Source: Sphyrna mokarran (Eukaryota). Taken from it: a stretch of 64,000 nucleotides of DNA. The notes beneath the pieces were generated by a model. That model did no database searches. It was not told where the DNA came from and worked only from the letters and a program-made list of their open reading frames with translations. Made by a program: the position numbers and the translations under genes. Where the stretch lies: NCBI GenBank assembly GCA_024679065.1, contig JAGIQG010000016.1, positions 45,446,001 through 45,510,000 on the forward strand, in the 5' to 3' direction. Of this stretch, positions 37,232 through 50,427 are shown piece by piece. The stretch's first letter is position 1; each line of letters starts with the position of its first letter.

Positions 37232-38639
37232 ATTATCGAAGATTATTTGATACCATTAGAGTAGCCAATAGCGGACATGTGCCCATCAGTTTGAGAAAAG
37301 TAAATTTTGTAATTATGAATTTGAAGAATCATTGTTTTTTGAAGCATAGAAATAAGCCATCCAGTCTGTTAAGCGAGGGCCGTTTGTCTGAATTTTTATG
37401 TCTCTAGCATAATCCCACTCTTCCGTTCGATCACCATAATCATTTTAACATTCCTCTTCTTCAACCAGCTGTCTCGTTCTGATTAACTAGGATTTATGGA
37501 TTCTCTTCAACAGTGAATCATGGCAAAGAATTCCAAATTCTAACCATTTTTCCTCAGTGAAGGGAAGGATGATTTTTCTAATTTCCCCCTTAATTTATCT
37601 GTAATTATTTAATATTTACATTATTTAATAAACAAATCCTCATGTCAGTAACTCAGAGATCAACTTCATTAGGGTTTTCCATCACAACTTTCTAAGATAC
37701 TCATCAGGCTACTCTTTATTTTGTAACTTGTTGCCAAAGCAATGAAAATACACATTGGCGTGATACCTAGAATCTCATCGAAATTGCTTCCGACACAAAT
37801 TGCAGCATCATTTAATGCATAAATCTGTTAATAATATATGCAATTTGGTTCATCAGCTGTCCCACCCACTGGAAATGGGTGCACCATGGAAACGTATAAT
37901 ACAACTTTTTCAATCAGCCAAATACTAAGTAACTTGCTATCCCTGCCCTGCCCCTGAGACCTACCCTGCAGGCTGGGCAAGTCAATATGGAAATAAAACA
38001 AGAGGAAGAGGAGGGAAGTAAAAACAGCCACAGTTAAAAAACATTTTTTTTGTGCAAAGAAAATTAGTTTTCCTTGAAACCGAACCTAGAAGATCACAGA
38101 ATCATCACAGAATGCATTAGTTCAGCAAAGGCATCCAAGAAAGATGCAAGTCAGTGATTGTAAACAAAAAGCAATACTGCCTTGTGTCACATAATAAAAT
38201 CCACCACATCAGTACTTGTACATAATTTGGCACAGCACTCTGGCGGTGCTTGAGGGATTTTCTGTCAACCTACTTTTGAAAATCTATCTTAACAAAGCAC
38301 CAAGTAATTGCCTGCCAGCTTCAGCTGTCCAGCTAAAGTCTTGAATAGCAAACTAAATCCTTGAGCCCCCTACCACTCTATCAGGTAACTGCTTATAAAT
38401 GCTACACCTCAATAGAATCAGGGTACATGTTAGAAAGAATAAGCTTCCCCCTCCCCCCCAATATATTTCAAGATGCAGTAAAATGTCAAAAGAAAATTGA
38501 TCTTTCTACGCATTGTTTGCAACAATTTTGCATTTTATTCAGTGTATTTATTTAATAAAGAAAGCTAACATTGTATAATGAAGCCTAAAATTTCAAGGCT
38601 GAATAGCTAAATTTAAAAAATATTTAAAACCATATTTAA

Positions 38640-39010
38640 GTCTACAAGGTTATAAGGGGCATGGAGAGAGTGGATAGTCAGAAGCTTTCTTCCAGGGTGG
38701 AAGAGTCAATTACTAGAGGGCACAGATTTAAGCTGCGAGGGGCAAGGTTTAAAGGAGATGTATGAGGCAGCTTTTTTTTTTTACACACAGAGGGGCAGTG
38801 GGTGCCTGGAACTTGCTGCCGGGGAGGTAGTGAGAGTAGATACGATAGTGACTTTTAAGAGATGTCTTGACAAACACATGAATAGGATGTGAATAGAGGG
38901 TAATGGTCACCGGAAGAGTAGGAGGTTTAATTCAGTTGGGCAGCATGGTCAGCGCATGTTTGAAGGGCCAGAGGGCCTGTCTCTGTGCTGTAATTTTTTT
39001 GTTATTTGTA
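38640..39010 (+). mobile_element. CR1 3' fragment
   Basis: actagagggcacagatttaag, tttacacacagagggg...gcctggaac, gaagggccagagggcctgt. Confidence 0.85.
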
Positions 39011-39149
39011 TATTATAACAGTATAAATTTTGACACTGTATTCCTTTCACCTATTCTGACATTGAACTGAGAATGTAGGCTGACACATTGAATTGGAATT
39101 TTACACTGACAATTTCCATAAATAAAAAATTCTTAGGACACAACTACTG

Positions 39150-39492
39150 AGAATCATAGAATCCCTACAATGCAGACGGAGGCTATTTGGCCATTGAATC
39201 TGCACTGACTCTCTGATAGAGTATCTTCCCTAAGCCTAGCACCCTGCTTTATCCCCAAAATCTCACACATGGCTAATCGATCTAACCAACATATCTTGGG
39301 AAATTAAGGGACAATATACATGGCCAATCCACCTAACCTACACATCTCTAGACTATGGGAGGAAACTGGAGCACCCAGAGGAAACCTGCACAGACACAGG
39401 GAGAACATACAAACTCCACAGATAGTGACCTGAGGCTGGAATCGAACACAGATCCTTAATGCTGAGACAGCAGTGCTAACCATTGTGCCACC
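39150..39492 (-). mobile_element. HE1-like V-SINE
   Basis: Full tail, body and head. Confidence 0.9.
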
Positions 39493-39498
39493 TTAAGC

Positions 39499-39524
39499 TT
39501 TCTAACTTAGTTCTAAGTTAGAAA
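39499..39524. repeat. Perfect 12-bp inverted repeat with a 2-nt spacer
   Basis: tttctaacttag-tt-ctaagttagaaa. Confidence 0.9.
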
Positions 39525-39659
39525 ATTCTGGAAATATGTCACAGGTCAAACAGCATCTAAATTAATATTTCAAGTCAATAACCTTTGATCAGAACTGTTC
39601 CAGCAATTTGTTTTGATTTCCAACGTTTACATTATTTTTCTTTTATAGTCAATGTAATT

Positions 39660-40175
39660 GTCTTTTGGCCTATGCTAAAAACTTTGACCCTTGTTACTGA
39701 TCAAAGACACTGACTTCAATTTCCATAATATTGCCCATGTCTACTTTAGCCCACTCTCCAAACTCAACTAATCTGACATTCTCCTAGTTGAACAGCCATT
39801 TTAACATTCTTAAAAATAAACATTAATTCATCTAAAATTCTGCTGACTCAATCTATTCTGCGCCAGGTCCTGCTTACCTGTCGCTACTATCGTTGCTGGT
39901 CAATGATTCCTGATTCTCTTCCCAACATGGCCAACTTAAAAGTCTAATTCTCTTGTTTAATTCACTGTTTCTGTAAGCTCCTTTAGTTCGAGGGCATGCC
40001 TTCAGAGCTCTCCATTCCATCGCTATGGCTACCTGCACACCCCTCTAATCATTTGCACCCCCCACTCTCTACCCCGTCATTGGCAGCCATGCTTATAGCT
40101 GTTGAAATGTCATTCTCTGAAGTTCCTTTCCTAATCCTTCAAAAACAGATTACTTCAATGTAAGCTATCACTGCA
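39660..40175 (+). mobile_element. L2-like LINE relic
   Basis: catctaaaattctgctgac, cattggcagccatgcttatagctg, ccttcaaaaacagattacttcaat motifs. Confidence 0.5.
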
Positions 40176-40182
40176 ATCACCT

Positions 40183-40495
40183 GGGGTGGCCCAATGGTAC
40201 AGTGGTTAGCACTGCTGTCTCACAGCAAGAGAGATGCGGGTTCAATTCCAGCCTTGGGTCACTGTCTGTGTGGAGTTTGCGTATTCTCCTTGTATGTGTG
40301 GGTCCTCTCTAGGTGTCCCTGTTTCCTCCTACAGCCCAAAAATGTGCGGGTTAGACTGATTGGCCATGCTAAATTAATCATAATGTCAGGGGATTAGAAG
40401 GATAAGTGGGGTTACAGGAATAGGGCCTGGGTGATTGTGGTCAGTGTAGATTGTGGGCTGAATAGCCTTCTCCTACACTGTAGAGATTCTATGAT
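40183..40495 (+). mobile_element. HE1-like V-SINE
   Basis: Head to gattctatga tail. Confidence 0.9.
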
Positions 40496-42029
40496 TATTG
40501 AGGTTGTACATGGAAATTTATCATATCACTAGCTTTCAAAGATGGAACTCAAACCATCTGTCCACTTATTTCATGAAAAACCTTTCATGTGACAGTAACA
40601 GCCAGATTCGATCTTACAATATCAGAGCATCTTTCCCTTTTTGAAACTTTGATCAATATGGAACAAATATATAGAACATAGAACATTCAACAGTTCAACA
40701 ATTGTGTATATGGAGGTTACTAACTTCTAAACTAAAACATGAAGAGCCAAATATACATTATGGTGACAATATCATCACAGGATATAAAAACAACTAACAG
40801 CTATTTATTTCATGAAGTCAGTGCCAAGTTTTTTTCCACAAGTCACTTAGTCTAATCTCACTCTCCGATAGCTCACTTTGTTCTTCAACTTTTTTTTAAA
40901 TGCTGTGCATTATTGTGATCTGGAATGTACTGCTGGAAAATTAACTTCACTTGTGATTTTCAAAAAAGAATCACTTGAAGGGGTAAAATAAATGCAGAAT
41001 TATGGGGAAACAGCAGGGGAGAATGATGAATCAGATAGCTCTAATGGCCTCCTGCCTTCTATCATTCTATGATTCTATGATTCCTCTTTTTCAAGAATAT
41101 CTTTGAACTCTACTTCAACAAGCCTTTTTCTAAACTTTAGTTTATTATCTCAAGTTGTGTCCTTATGTTACTATCTTTGATCAATGGAGACAAATCTCTC
41201 ACTGTTACATGACACAAACATCTTCTCCTTGGTAACATAACAATGACAAAAATGATAAACTGGTGACTGGAATTTCAAGGGATTTTTGGAATCAGGCTCA
41301 GAGATGGAAAGACTGGTTAAATGGTGTGGGGCAGAATCAACTGGTGTGTCCAACAGCTTGCCATTTGACTGGCAGCATAAAAAAAAGGCAAATGGCCTAT
41401 CCACCTGCAATCTATTAGAACCACCTAATCATCAATTAATTGTATTTCTCCACCTCCTCTTGCATTTTGCCGGTGGTGGGGAGCCTTCTTTAGTCCATCA
41501 AGGGGCAGCAATGGCCTTTCTCTAACCCCAACCCAATGACAACAAACCCGCCTCCCCAACCATCCTCCCCCACCCTCCGCCACCTAACCACCTCTGAGGG
41601 TCTGCCTGCTGGTCCTGGCACTTACAGATCCCATCTACATTACTTTGAGGACACACAGCCATCAATGCACCCTCATCTTCCAGGTGAAGCCCCCTTAGTG
41701 GCGTTCACTTCCAGTAACGCTGTTAAGACTATTCAGCTGCTGATCTTCTATTGGGTGGCCAGCTCTTCAGGGCATTGTGTGATCCTCAATGCGATGGTAG
41801 CACTGATTGCAACCACTCAATTGGATGCTACCCATACAATGTGGTCTCTTTTCTCGCTACCCATCAATTTGGGTTTGTTCCCCATTTTCTGTTCCTGCAA
41901 AGGGATCAGTGCTGCCTCTAAAAAAAAAAGTCCCAACTAGCATCAGTGAATAAGTAATCTTTAGGCATGGTGTTCACTATTTAAAGAGTTAAATTTAACC
42001 AGCATGGTAGCTCAGGAAGAGGGAGGATG

Positions 42030-42565
42030 CTTGCATTCACATAACACCTTTCACGACCACAGGCACTTTACAGCCAATGAAGTACGTACTTCTGAATTTT
42101 AATCACTTTTGAAGGACATACAACAGCCAATTTGTACCCAGTAAACTCCCATGAGCAGCGATACAATGAGCCAGATAAGGGGTGAGATTTTCCAGTCCAG
42201 TCCGCTGCCAGAATTGCTCAGTCTCACTAAAAGTTAATGGAGTATGACTGGGCCACCGCATCCCCGACAGCAGCTCCCACCACGATAGGCCAGTACATCT
42301 GTTTCTTTCTGTGATGTTTATTGAAAGATAAATATTGACACCAGGGATAACTCTGGTTTCCCTTGGAATAACGCTTTGGGATTTTAAGTTTGTGTGAGAG
42401 GGTAGGAAAGACCTTGGTTTAATAGTTCTTCCAAAAGTAGCACCTCCAACAGTTCCTAAATTGAAATGACAATCTTAGCTTTTGTGCCCAAATCCTGAGG
42501 TAGGACTTGAGCTCACAACCTCAAAACTCCGAGGTGAGATTGTGACCAACTGAGCCATAACTGAA
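42030..42565 (-). mobile_element. DeuSINE interrupted by a Harbinger-like MITE (about 42179-42298)
   Basis: cctttcacgac...ctttacagccaatgaagtac tail; gataaatattg Deu core; ggacttgagctcacaacc...ccaactgagcca head; insert begins ggggtgagattttcc. Confidence 0.7.
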
Positions 42566-42968
42566 ACAGAGCAGAGAGCAAAGTTCAGGATGATCCTCAG
42601 ATGAGCTCTCTCTCAGCCTAATCACTTGATTGTTTCTGTCTTATTCTTGAAAATTGGTGAGTGATGACTTCATAAAGTAGTACTGGATCAGATTTTATTT
42701 CAAGATTGAGATGGATCAGTTACTCCCAATTACTTCACAGACTCAGGATCCATTTTGGAAAACTTATTTCATTGCATTGAAGAAAGAAGTGGTCAAATAC
42801 ATCTTAGTAAATTTAATATCCCTTAAAACCATCTTGCTTGGAAGTGATATTCAGTACTCCTGTTTGTTCTGCATGGAATTAAATGAGGAATGTCACTCTT
42901 AACAACATGATAAAAACTACACAATCATTAATTATGATCTTGTGACAAATTCTTAAAGAATCTTGAAT

Positions 42969-43275
42969 GGTGGCATAGTGGTTAGTGCTGCTGCCTCACA
43001 GCGCCAGGGACCTGGGTTCAATTCCAGCCATGAGTCATTGTCCATGGAGAGTTTTCTCCAAATGCTGATTTCCTCCCACACTCCAAAAATGCGCTAGTCA
43101 GGTGGATTAGCCGCACTGAATAGCCCCTTACTGTCCAAAAATGCACAGGTTAGATGGATTAGCCATAGGGGACGTGTGGGGTTATGGGGCTAGGGAGGAG
43201 TAAAAGAGCCTGGGTAAGATGCTCTGTCAGACAGTCAATGCAGATTTGATGGACTGAATGCCCTCGTCTGTGGTC
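42969..43275 (+). mobile_element. HE1-like V-SINE
   Basis: ggtggcatagtggttagtgctgctgcctcacagcgccagggacctgggttcaattcc. Confidence 0.9.
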
Positions 43276-43798
43276 CAAATGCTAAGGTAATTGTTAAATA
43301 AAACAACCAGAAATGGGAGTATTTATTGTCCACTTAAACAGCTATGTGTCATTCTTTATTGGTGCTTCTTAAAGACAATATACCTTGTTATAAACAATGA
43401 TAGAACTCAATCTTTAAAACCCTGGGGATATAAGCGGGATATATTTGAACTTAAACAGGCAGTGTCTCAATAATGGCAATTTACTGAGATGTATCTATTT
43501 GTACTTCCATAGGGAAGCTTAAGCATTCATTTCCAATTATCTAATCTTCTTCCAACCTCGAGACCTAATGGACAACACTATTGTTTACATTAGAATAAAT
43601 AAAATCGGAAGATGCTAAAATAAATGAGAGTGATACATCATTGGTTGACTAGAGATTTTGGGTTAGAAGTTAATATATTGCAATAGGATTTACTTATCTC
43701 CAATAGTTTAAAAGATCTAATAGAATCAAAAATATTGCTGCAGGTTCATTGGTGAAAAGCAAACATTTGCAGATGATAAAATGCTGCCACAAATGGCT

Positions 43799-43992
43799 TG
43801 TGGTGATTGTCCCTTTAAGAACCACATGACACAAAAAAGCAATCAGGGATCAAGTTGCAAGTTCACTTCAGTGATCAGGCTTTTCTGTTCCAGAACCATC
43901 TTGGGTCATGGCCTCTGTATGGCCTTTACTTGTAAATAAATATGTTGTTGTTTTTCCCTAAACTGGTAAACAAGAATTATTATATAGTTACA
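43799..43992 (+). mobile_element. Probable solo LTR (gypsy-like)
   Basis: TGTGGTGATTGTCCCTTTAAG...AATAAA...GTTACA flanked by ggct/ggca. Confidence 0.45.
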
Positions 43993-45543
43993 GGCAGGAG
44001 GAAGGCATAATGTTTACATTGACAAAGATGTTTAATGTCTGTATGGTATGGTGATCAGTCGATTAAGTACTAACACAACCATTGTCACTCATTGAGGAAA
44101 TAAGAACATAACAAAGCCCAAGGGACTGCTTAGAGTCAGTAGACTAGTCAGTCTACTGCAACCAAACTGAATGTGTATGCCACAATAGTAACTGACTTTA
44201 TTAGAAAGTGTGTAGAAGACTGTGTGCCGAGGAATTGGAAACAGTCCACATCTGAGGCATTCACGTCAGGCAACCCTGACCTATACAAGAAAGCCAGACA
44301 TGATCTAAGGAGATCCAAAGTTGCCAAAAGACAGTAGACTATGGCAAGACCTGCAAGACACAACAGGCTAGATGAAGGTTTGTAAAATCGCCAGTGCCAA
44401 TGCCCCCTTCCTAATAAGTTCAATGCATTCTATGCCCATTTTGCACAAGAGATCAGCAAGAACACACCCTCCACCTGGCAGCCACTGCTGAACCTGTATC
44501 TGAGATCACCACTGCCGATATCAAAGCAGCCTTCTCGAAGGTCAACCCACAGAAAGCAACTGGCCTGGCTGGGGTACCCAGCCAAGGACTCAAACTGCTT
44601 GGACCAATTTACAGGGCATTTGCAGACATCTTCAACCTCTCTTTACAACAATCTGAGATCTCTAACTGCTTCAAAAAGACAACCATTTTCCTGGTACCAA
44701 AAAAAAAGGTCAGGCCAAGTGCCTTAATGATTACCTCCCAATGGTTCTGACATCCATCGTTATGAAGTGCTTCAAAAGCTTAATTATGGCACAAATTAAT
44801 TCCGGTCTCCCAGATTGTCTGGACCCACTACAGTTTGCCTACCACTGCAACACGTCCACAGCAGCTGTCATTTCCCTAGTCTTGCACTCAATCTCGGAAT
44901 ACCTAGATAAAAAGGCACCTACGTATTGACTACAGTTCAGTCTTTGACAATATTATTCCTACAAAACTCATCTCCAAACACCGTGGCCTGCAGCTCAGCT
45001 CTTCCTTCTGCAACTGGATCCTGAACTTCCTAACCCACCGACCACAATCAGTAAAAATAGGCAACTATCCTCCAATATCATCCTCAACATCGATGCCCCA
45101 CAAGATTGTGTCCTCAGCGCCTTACGATATTCCTTACACAATTACGACTGCATGGCCAAATTCCCTTTGATTTTCAAGTTTGCTGATGACACTGCCATAG
45201 TGGGTTGGATCTCAAACAATGACAAGACAGAGTACAGGAAGGAAATAGAAAATCTGGTAAACTGGTGAGACAACCATAATCTCTCCCTCAATATCAACAA
45301 AACGAAGATTATCATCGACTTCAGGAAGCATAGTGGAGGACATGCTGCTATATATAGCAATGGAGATGAAGTAGAAATGGTTCAGAGCTTACGTTTATAG
45401 GTATCCAGTTCACAAATAACCTATCCTGATCCCTCGTGATGATGCTATAGTTAAGCCAGCCCATCAATGCCTCCACTTTCTCAAAAGACTAAGGAAATTT
45501 GGTATGTCTGCTATGACTCACCAACTTTTACAGATGCACCATA

Positions 45544-46272
45544 TAACAGGATGAAGGAGTACAATATCAAGGGTAGGACTCTTAGCAATGTTCAGGAGCA
45601 GAAAGACTTTGGGGTCCGGATCCATAGGTTTCTTAAATCAGCTTCGCAGGTGGAGGTCAAGAAAGCGTCTGGTGTGCTAGTCTTCATTAATCGAGCGATT
45701 GAGTTTAGGAGTTGGGATGTAATGCTGCAACTTTATAAGACCCTTCTCAGATCCCACTTAGAGTACTGTGCACAGTTCTGGTCGCCTCACTACAGGAAGC
45801 ATGTGGAAGCTATTGAGAGGGTGCAGAGGAGATTTACAAGGATGTTGCCTGGACAGGGAGGCATGCCTTATGATAATAGGTTGAGGGAGCTAGGTCTCTT
45901 CTTCCTGAAGAGACGAAAGTCGAGGGGCGATCTGATAGAGGTTTATAAAATGTTGAGAGGTCTGGATAGGGTGGATTCTTGGAGGCTATTTCCCAGGGCT
46001 TAAATGGTCGCTACAAGAGGACACAGTTTAAGGTGCTGGGGAGCAGGTACAGAAGAGATGTCAGGGGTAAGTTTTTCACTCAGAGGGTGGTCAGTGAGTG
46101 CCATCGTTGGTGGTAGAGGCGAACTCGCTGGGGTCTTTTAAAAGACTTCTGGATGAGTTCATGGGATTTAATGTGATTGGGAGTTATAGATAGTTCTATG
46201 GCCTGGTAGGTACAGATATGATAGGTGCAACTTGTGGGCTGAAGGGCATGTTTGTGCTGTAGTGTTGTACGT
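45544..46272 (+). mobile_element. CR1 3' fragment nested in Rex1
   Basis: LQLYKTLLRSHLEYCAQFWSPHYRKHVEAIERVQRRFTRMLPG; gggctgaagggcatg stem-loop. Confidence 0.92.
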
Positions 46273-46344
46273 AATGCATTCTTCCTAATTGTATTACAGC
46301 TTGGTAGGTTCCTGTTCTTTCCAAGGCCACATGAAACTACAAAG

Positions 46345-46615
46345 GGAACCTGGCTTTGACTCCGGCATCGGGTTACTGTCTGTACGGAGTTTGCATATTT
46401 TCCTCGTGTCTGCATGGGTTTCCTCTGGGTGTTCTAGTTTCCTCCTGCAGTCTAAAGATGTGTGGGTTAGATGGATTGGCCATGCTAAATTTCCCTTAGT
46501 GTGAGCAGGAGTAGCTAGTGTAAACGGGCAAAAGGACCTGGCTGGGACTGTGATTGATGCAGACTCGGTGGGTTGAAAAAATCCTACAGTGCAGAAGCAG
46601 GCCACTGATTCTATG
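46345..46615 (+). mobile_element. HE1-like V-SINE nested in Rex1
   Basis: V-domain body and gattctatga tail; the Rex1 sequence resumes at gaacaaagctcagtccatcac. Confidence 0.85.
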
Positions 46616-47024
46616 AGAACAAAGCTCAGTCCATCACTAAAAAGTCTCCCACCTAGTGACACTGTCTACATTTCACGCTGCCTCAGGAAAGCAGCCAGAA
46701 TAATTAAGGACCCCACGTACCCCAGACATACTCTCTTCCACCTTCTTTCATCAGGAAAGTATACAAAAATCTCAGGGCACATACCAAGCAACACAAGAAT
46801 AGCTTCTTCCCTGCTGTGAACAGACTTCCAAATGGACTGACCTCTCATTAAGTTGATCTTTCACTATGTCCTAGCTATGACTGTAACATCACATTCTGCA
46901 CGCTCTCCTTTCCTTCTTTATGCATGGTATGCTTTGTCTATATAAGCACGGAAGAAATCATACTTTTCACTGTATATTAATACATGTAACAATGATAAAT
47001 CATATCAAATCATTGGTAGATTAA

Positions 47025-47930
47025 AAACAAGGAGCAGGAGCAGGAATAGGTAATTCAGCCTCTTGAGCCTGCTCCGCCATTTGATACAATCATGGCTAAT
47101 CTCATCTCAGCCTCAACTCCACTTTCCTGTCGTTCCACATAATCCTTCAAATCAAAACTAATTAAAAATCTAACTCTTCATGGCATCTATCACACATGGG
47201 GGACTGAATTCCACATATTCACAACCCTTTGAGAGAAGTCATTTCTCCTCACCTCTGTCTTAAATCTGTTACCCGTCATTCTAAAACTGAGCTCTCATTC
47301 TAGACTGCCCCACAAGAGGAAACATCCTCTCTATGTCTCTTCTGTCAATCCCCTTTTTCAACTCAAACTTCAGTTAGATCACCTCTCATTTTTCTAAAGT
47401 TGAGAGCATAGGCTTAAACTGCTCAATCTCTCCTCATAAGACAAATCCCTCATTTGTGGAATCAATCTAGTGAACATTCTCTGAGCCACTTCCAATACAA
47501 CTACATCACTCCTTAAGTAAAGGGACTAAATCTGTGCACTCTATGTGCAGTCTGACTAATGCCTTGTACAGTTGCAGCAATATATTCCTACATGTAAATG
47601 CCAAAGTTCCATTTGCCTTCCTTATAACCTCCATACAAGCTTTCTGCGATTCATGCACAAGGGCACTCAGATCCCTCTGCATCAAAACATTCTGAAGTTT
47701 CTCTCCATTTAGATAAGCTGTCTTTTTACTTTTCATAGCAAAATGGATAACCTCACACATATCCACATTAAACTCCATCTGCCAAATTTACCTAACCTAT
47801 CATATCCATTTGTAAATTTCTTATTTCTCATTGCAACTTATTATCCCATCTATTTTGGTGTAATTCGCAAATTTGGCTATAATGGCTTCTATCCCTGCAC
47901 CCAAGTCATTAATACAGATTGTAAATAGTC
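47025..47930 (-). mobile_element. Old CR1 3' fragment
   Basis: MEFNVDMCEVIHF...LLQLYKALVRLH; 3' UTR gagcctgctccgccatt. Confidence 0.9.
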
Positions 47931-48424
47931 GAGGTAAATAGTTAGGAAGAGCCAACCAAACCAAATAATTGCATCAAGCATGTTTGTCACTTACAATAGC
48001 CATCCAAATGGTGATAGTGTATAGTATATATAGGGTCAGTACTGTTCAAATATGGATTAATCTCAGATGTTAACTGAGAGTACTTTGCCCGGGCTTTGAG
48101 TTCACCTACAACATTTCAATAACTCCCCAACAGTGATCTTGGACAATGTCCTTTACAAAGCTGAGTGTGCAAATCTAGCCATGTCCCGCAAAGGGGAGAG
48201 TGAAACACTGGGGAAAAAAAACACAAACCTTCAATAAAAAGTGAATGCAAAAACATTAAACGTTGTTTCTTCCACAATAAAGGAAATTCTCTAACTCCCC
48301 TGTCACTATCAGTGCATGCTAACCATGAGGCGTGCCAGTACATTTAGCTCTGACTAAACTACTCTCAGCAGATAATAATAACCACAAATAAAGTGAGACC
48401 AATGCAAATCTTATGTTAACAGTA

Positions 48425-49070
48425 CTGGAGTTGGGCAGGAAAGTTATAAGAAAGGCAGATGGAATTTTGGCATTCACTGCTAAATGTAGGAATATGTTGC
48501 CGAGACCACACTTAGAATATTGTATATAAGTTTTCTTCCCCTTGCTTGATGAGGGATGTAGTTGCATTGGAGGGGGCTCAGAAAAAGTTCACTAGATTGA
48601 TTCCAGAGATGAAGGATTTGACTTATGAAGAAAGATTGAGCAGTTTAGCCCTATTACCCTGGAGTTTAGAGGAACGAGAGGAAATCTAACTGAAGTGTAC
48701 AAGATAATAAGGGAGTTGACAAAGTTGACATGGAGAGGATATTCCTCTTCTAGGGCAATCTATAACAAAAGATCATCATTTTAAGATAAGGGGTGGCAGA
48801 TTTAAAATAGAGATAAGGAGTAATTATTCTCCCAAATGGTCATGCGTCTATGGAATTCATTACCCCAGAGCATGGCGGATGCCAGGACTTTAAACAAATT
48901 TAAGAAAGAAATGGACAGATTTTTAATGAGTAATGTGTTGAAGGGTTATGGAGAATGTGCAGGAAAATGGCGTTGACGGTGAAATGAGATCAGCCACGAT
49001 TATGTTAAATGGTGAAGCAGGTTTGAGGAGCTAAATTATTACTCTAACTTCTAGTTCTTCCGATTCTTCT
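48425..49070 (+). mobile_element. Old CR1 3' fragment
   Basis: gagaccacacttagaatattgt, agttcactagattgattccagagatg, gatcagccacgat 3' UTR. Confidence 0.85.
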
Positions 49071-49639
49071 GATCTTTAAAAACCCTTAATAAAATACTAG
49101 TGTACTAAGGCAGGCCTACTACCCAACCTGCCTCTGCAACCCAGCAACCCTGCACTTATTCTGAGGATGCTCTGACTTAGAGAATGCTGCCACCCTGAAC
49201 CAAAAATGCCACCTCCAGGACACTTTCTCCTGGGTCAGGCTTGCAGAGACCAGGAATGTCCCAACTCTGCTTTCCTGACCAAACCTTGTGTTTGATATTG
49301 GTGGAAGGCAAATTGGCAATTGTTCTCAGGAGGTTTAATAAAAGTCAGCATCAACCATCCTGTCAGTTAAGTTGGCTTCTGGGTCACTCAATCTTGTGCT
49401 GGCCTGGAGCTGGTGAGCTGCAGCAGCACTCTCGGGGGGATATAGGCTCACAGGCAGCATGATACTGGGGCTCTGCCATGAAATAGACCCAAGGGATCTG
49501 GCACCAATCTGATAATTAAAGTTCACACTTGTATGTCTTTAAAATGATGGTACTTAGGTGTAATCCTGAAGATCTAGATTTGATTATTTCAACACATTCC
49601 TGGTTAATCTCCTACATTCTGCACTTCAGAAATTTGAGG

Positions 49640-50222
49640 TCATCCAAATTTCAGCTGCTATTTCAAAACTTGCAGCAAGTCCTGATGCTCTTTGACCCCC
49701 ATGCTTATCGATGTACACTGGCTTCTGGTTAAACAATGCCTTGGCCTACAATCCTCATCTTTGTTTTCAATCCTTCCATGACCTTGGCCCCCTCCTCCTC
49801 TCTCAGTAATCTCCTTCAGGCCCACAGTCCTTCCCAAATAATGTACAAATGTACACTCTAATTCTGGCCTCTTCTGCATCCCCCTAGCCCCTCCACCACT
49901 TAATGTTGTGTCTTTAGTTTCCTTGCCCCCAGGCTCTGGAATTCTCTCCTGACATCTCTCCACCTCTTTATCTCACTTTCCTTGTTTTAAGTCATTTGGC
50001 CCTAATGGGCTTAATTTTAGTGCCTCATTCAATCCAAGACCGGAAAACCCCGCTTGATGTCAACAGGCCTTCCCATTGTCAGCTCCTTGCCCACTCTGAT
50101 TCTTGTGTTGGGAGGGGTGTTGGGAGAATTCCAGCAAATATCTCTTTATGTGGCTCTGTAACATATTTTGTTTTATTATGCCTTGGGGGCATTTTATTGA
50201 AGTGTTTCATAAATATAAGTTG
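49640..50222 (+). mobile_element. L2-like relic interrupted by a MITE (50006-50136)
   Basis: atcctcatctttgttttcaatcctt, ctctggaattctctcct; ccctaat|gggcttaatttt...agaattccagca|aatatctc. Confidence 0.65.
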
Positions 50223-50427
50223 CTTTTTAAGCAATGATACCTCAATATGTGCTTATAAATCATTGAGGTTGTTAAGTTTGCTTGCACTGACGTTCAGTTT
50301 AGACTATTTATTAAATTTAGATAGAACAAATATTCAATTAGCAAATCTTACAGCCTTTCCTAATGGCTAAATCCTGCATTCTTAAAGAAAGCTGATTTCA
50401 ACAGGTGGAGAAAGCAATGTTTTCAAC

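Larger units (their letters stand above)
44150..47011 (+). mobile_element. Rex1/Babar-clade LINE, decayed, carrying two nested insertions
   Basis: VLTSIVMKCFKSLIMAQINSGLPDCLDPLQFAY, KFADDTAIVG; 3' UTR ending gataaatcatatcaaatc. Confidence 0.85.

Noticed and set aside
41536-41940. 134-aa ORF
   Set aside because: It is a low-complexity, proline-rich reading of a probable degenerate DNA-transposon relic, with no domain or splice evidence.
45467-46003. 178-aa ORF as a host gene
   Set aside because: It is a chimera of Rex1 and nested CR1 ORF2 sequence.
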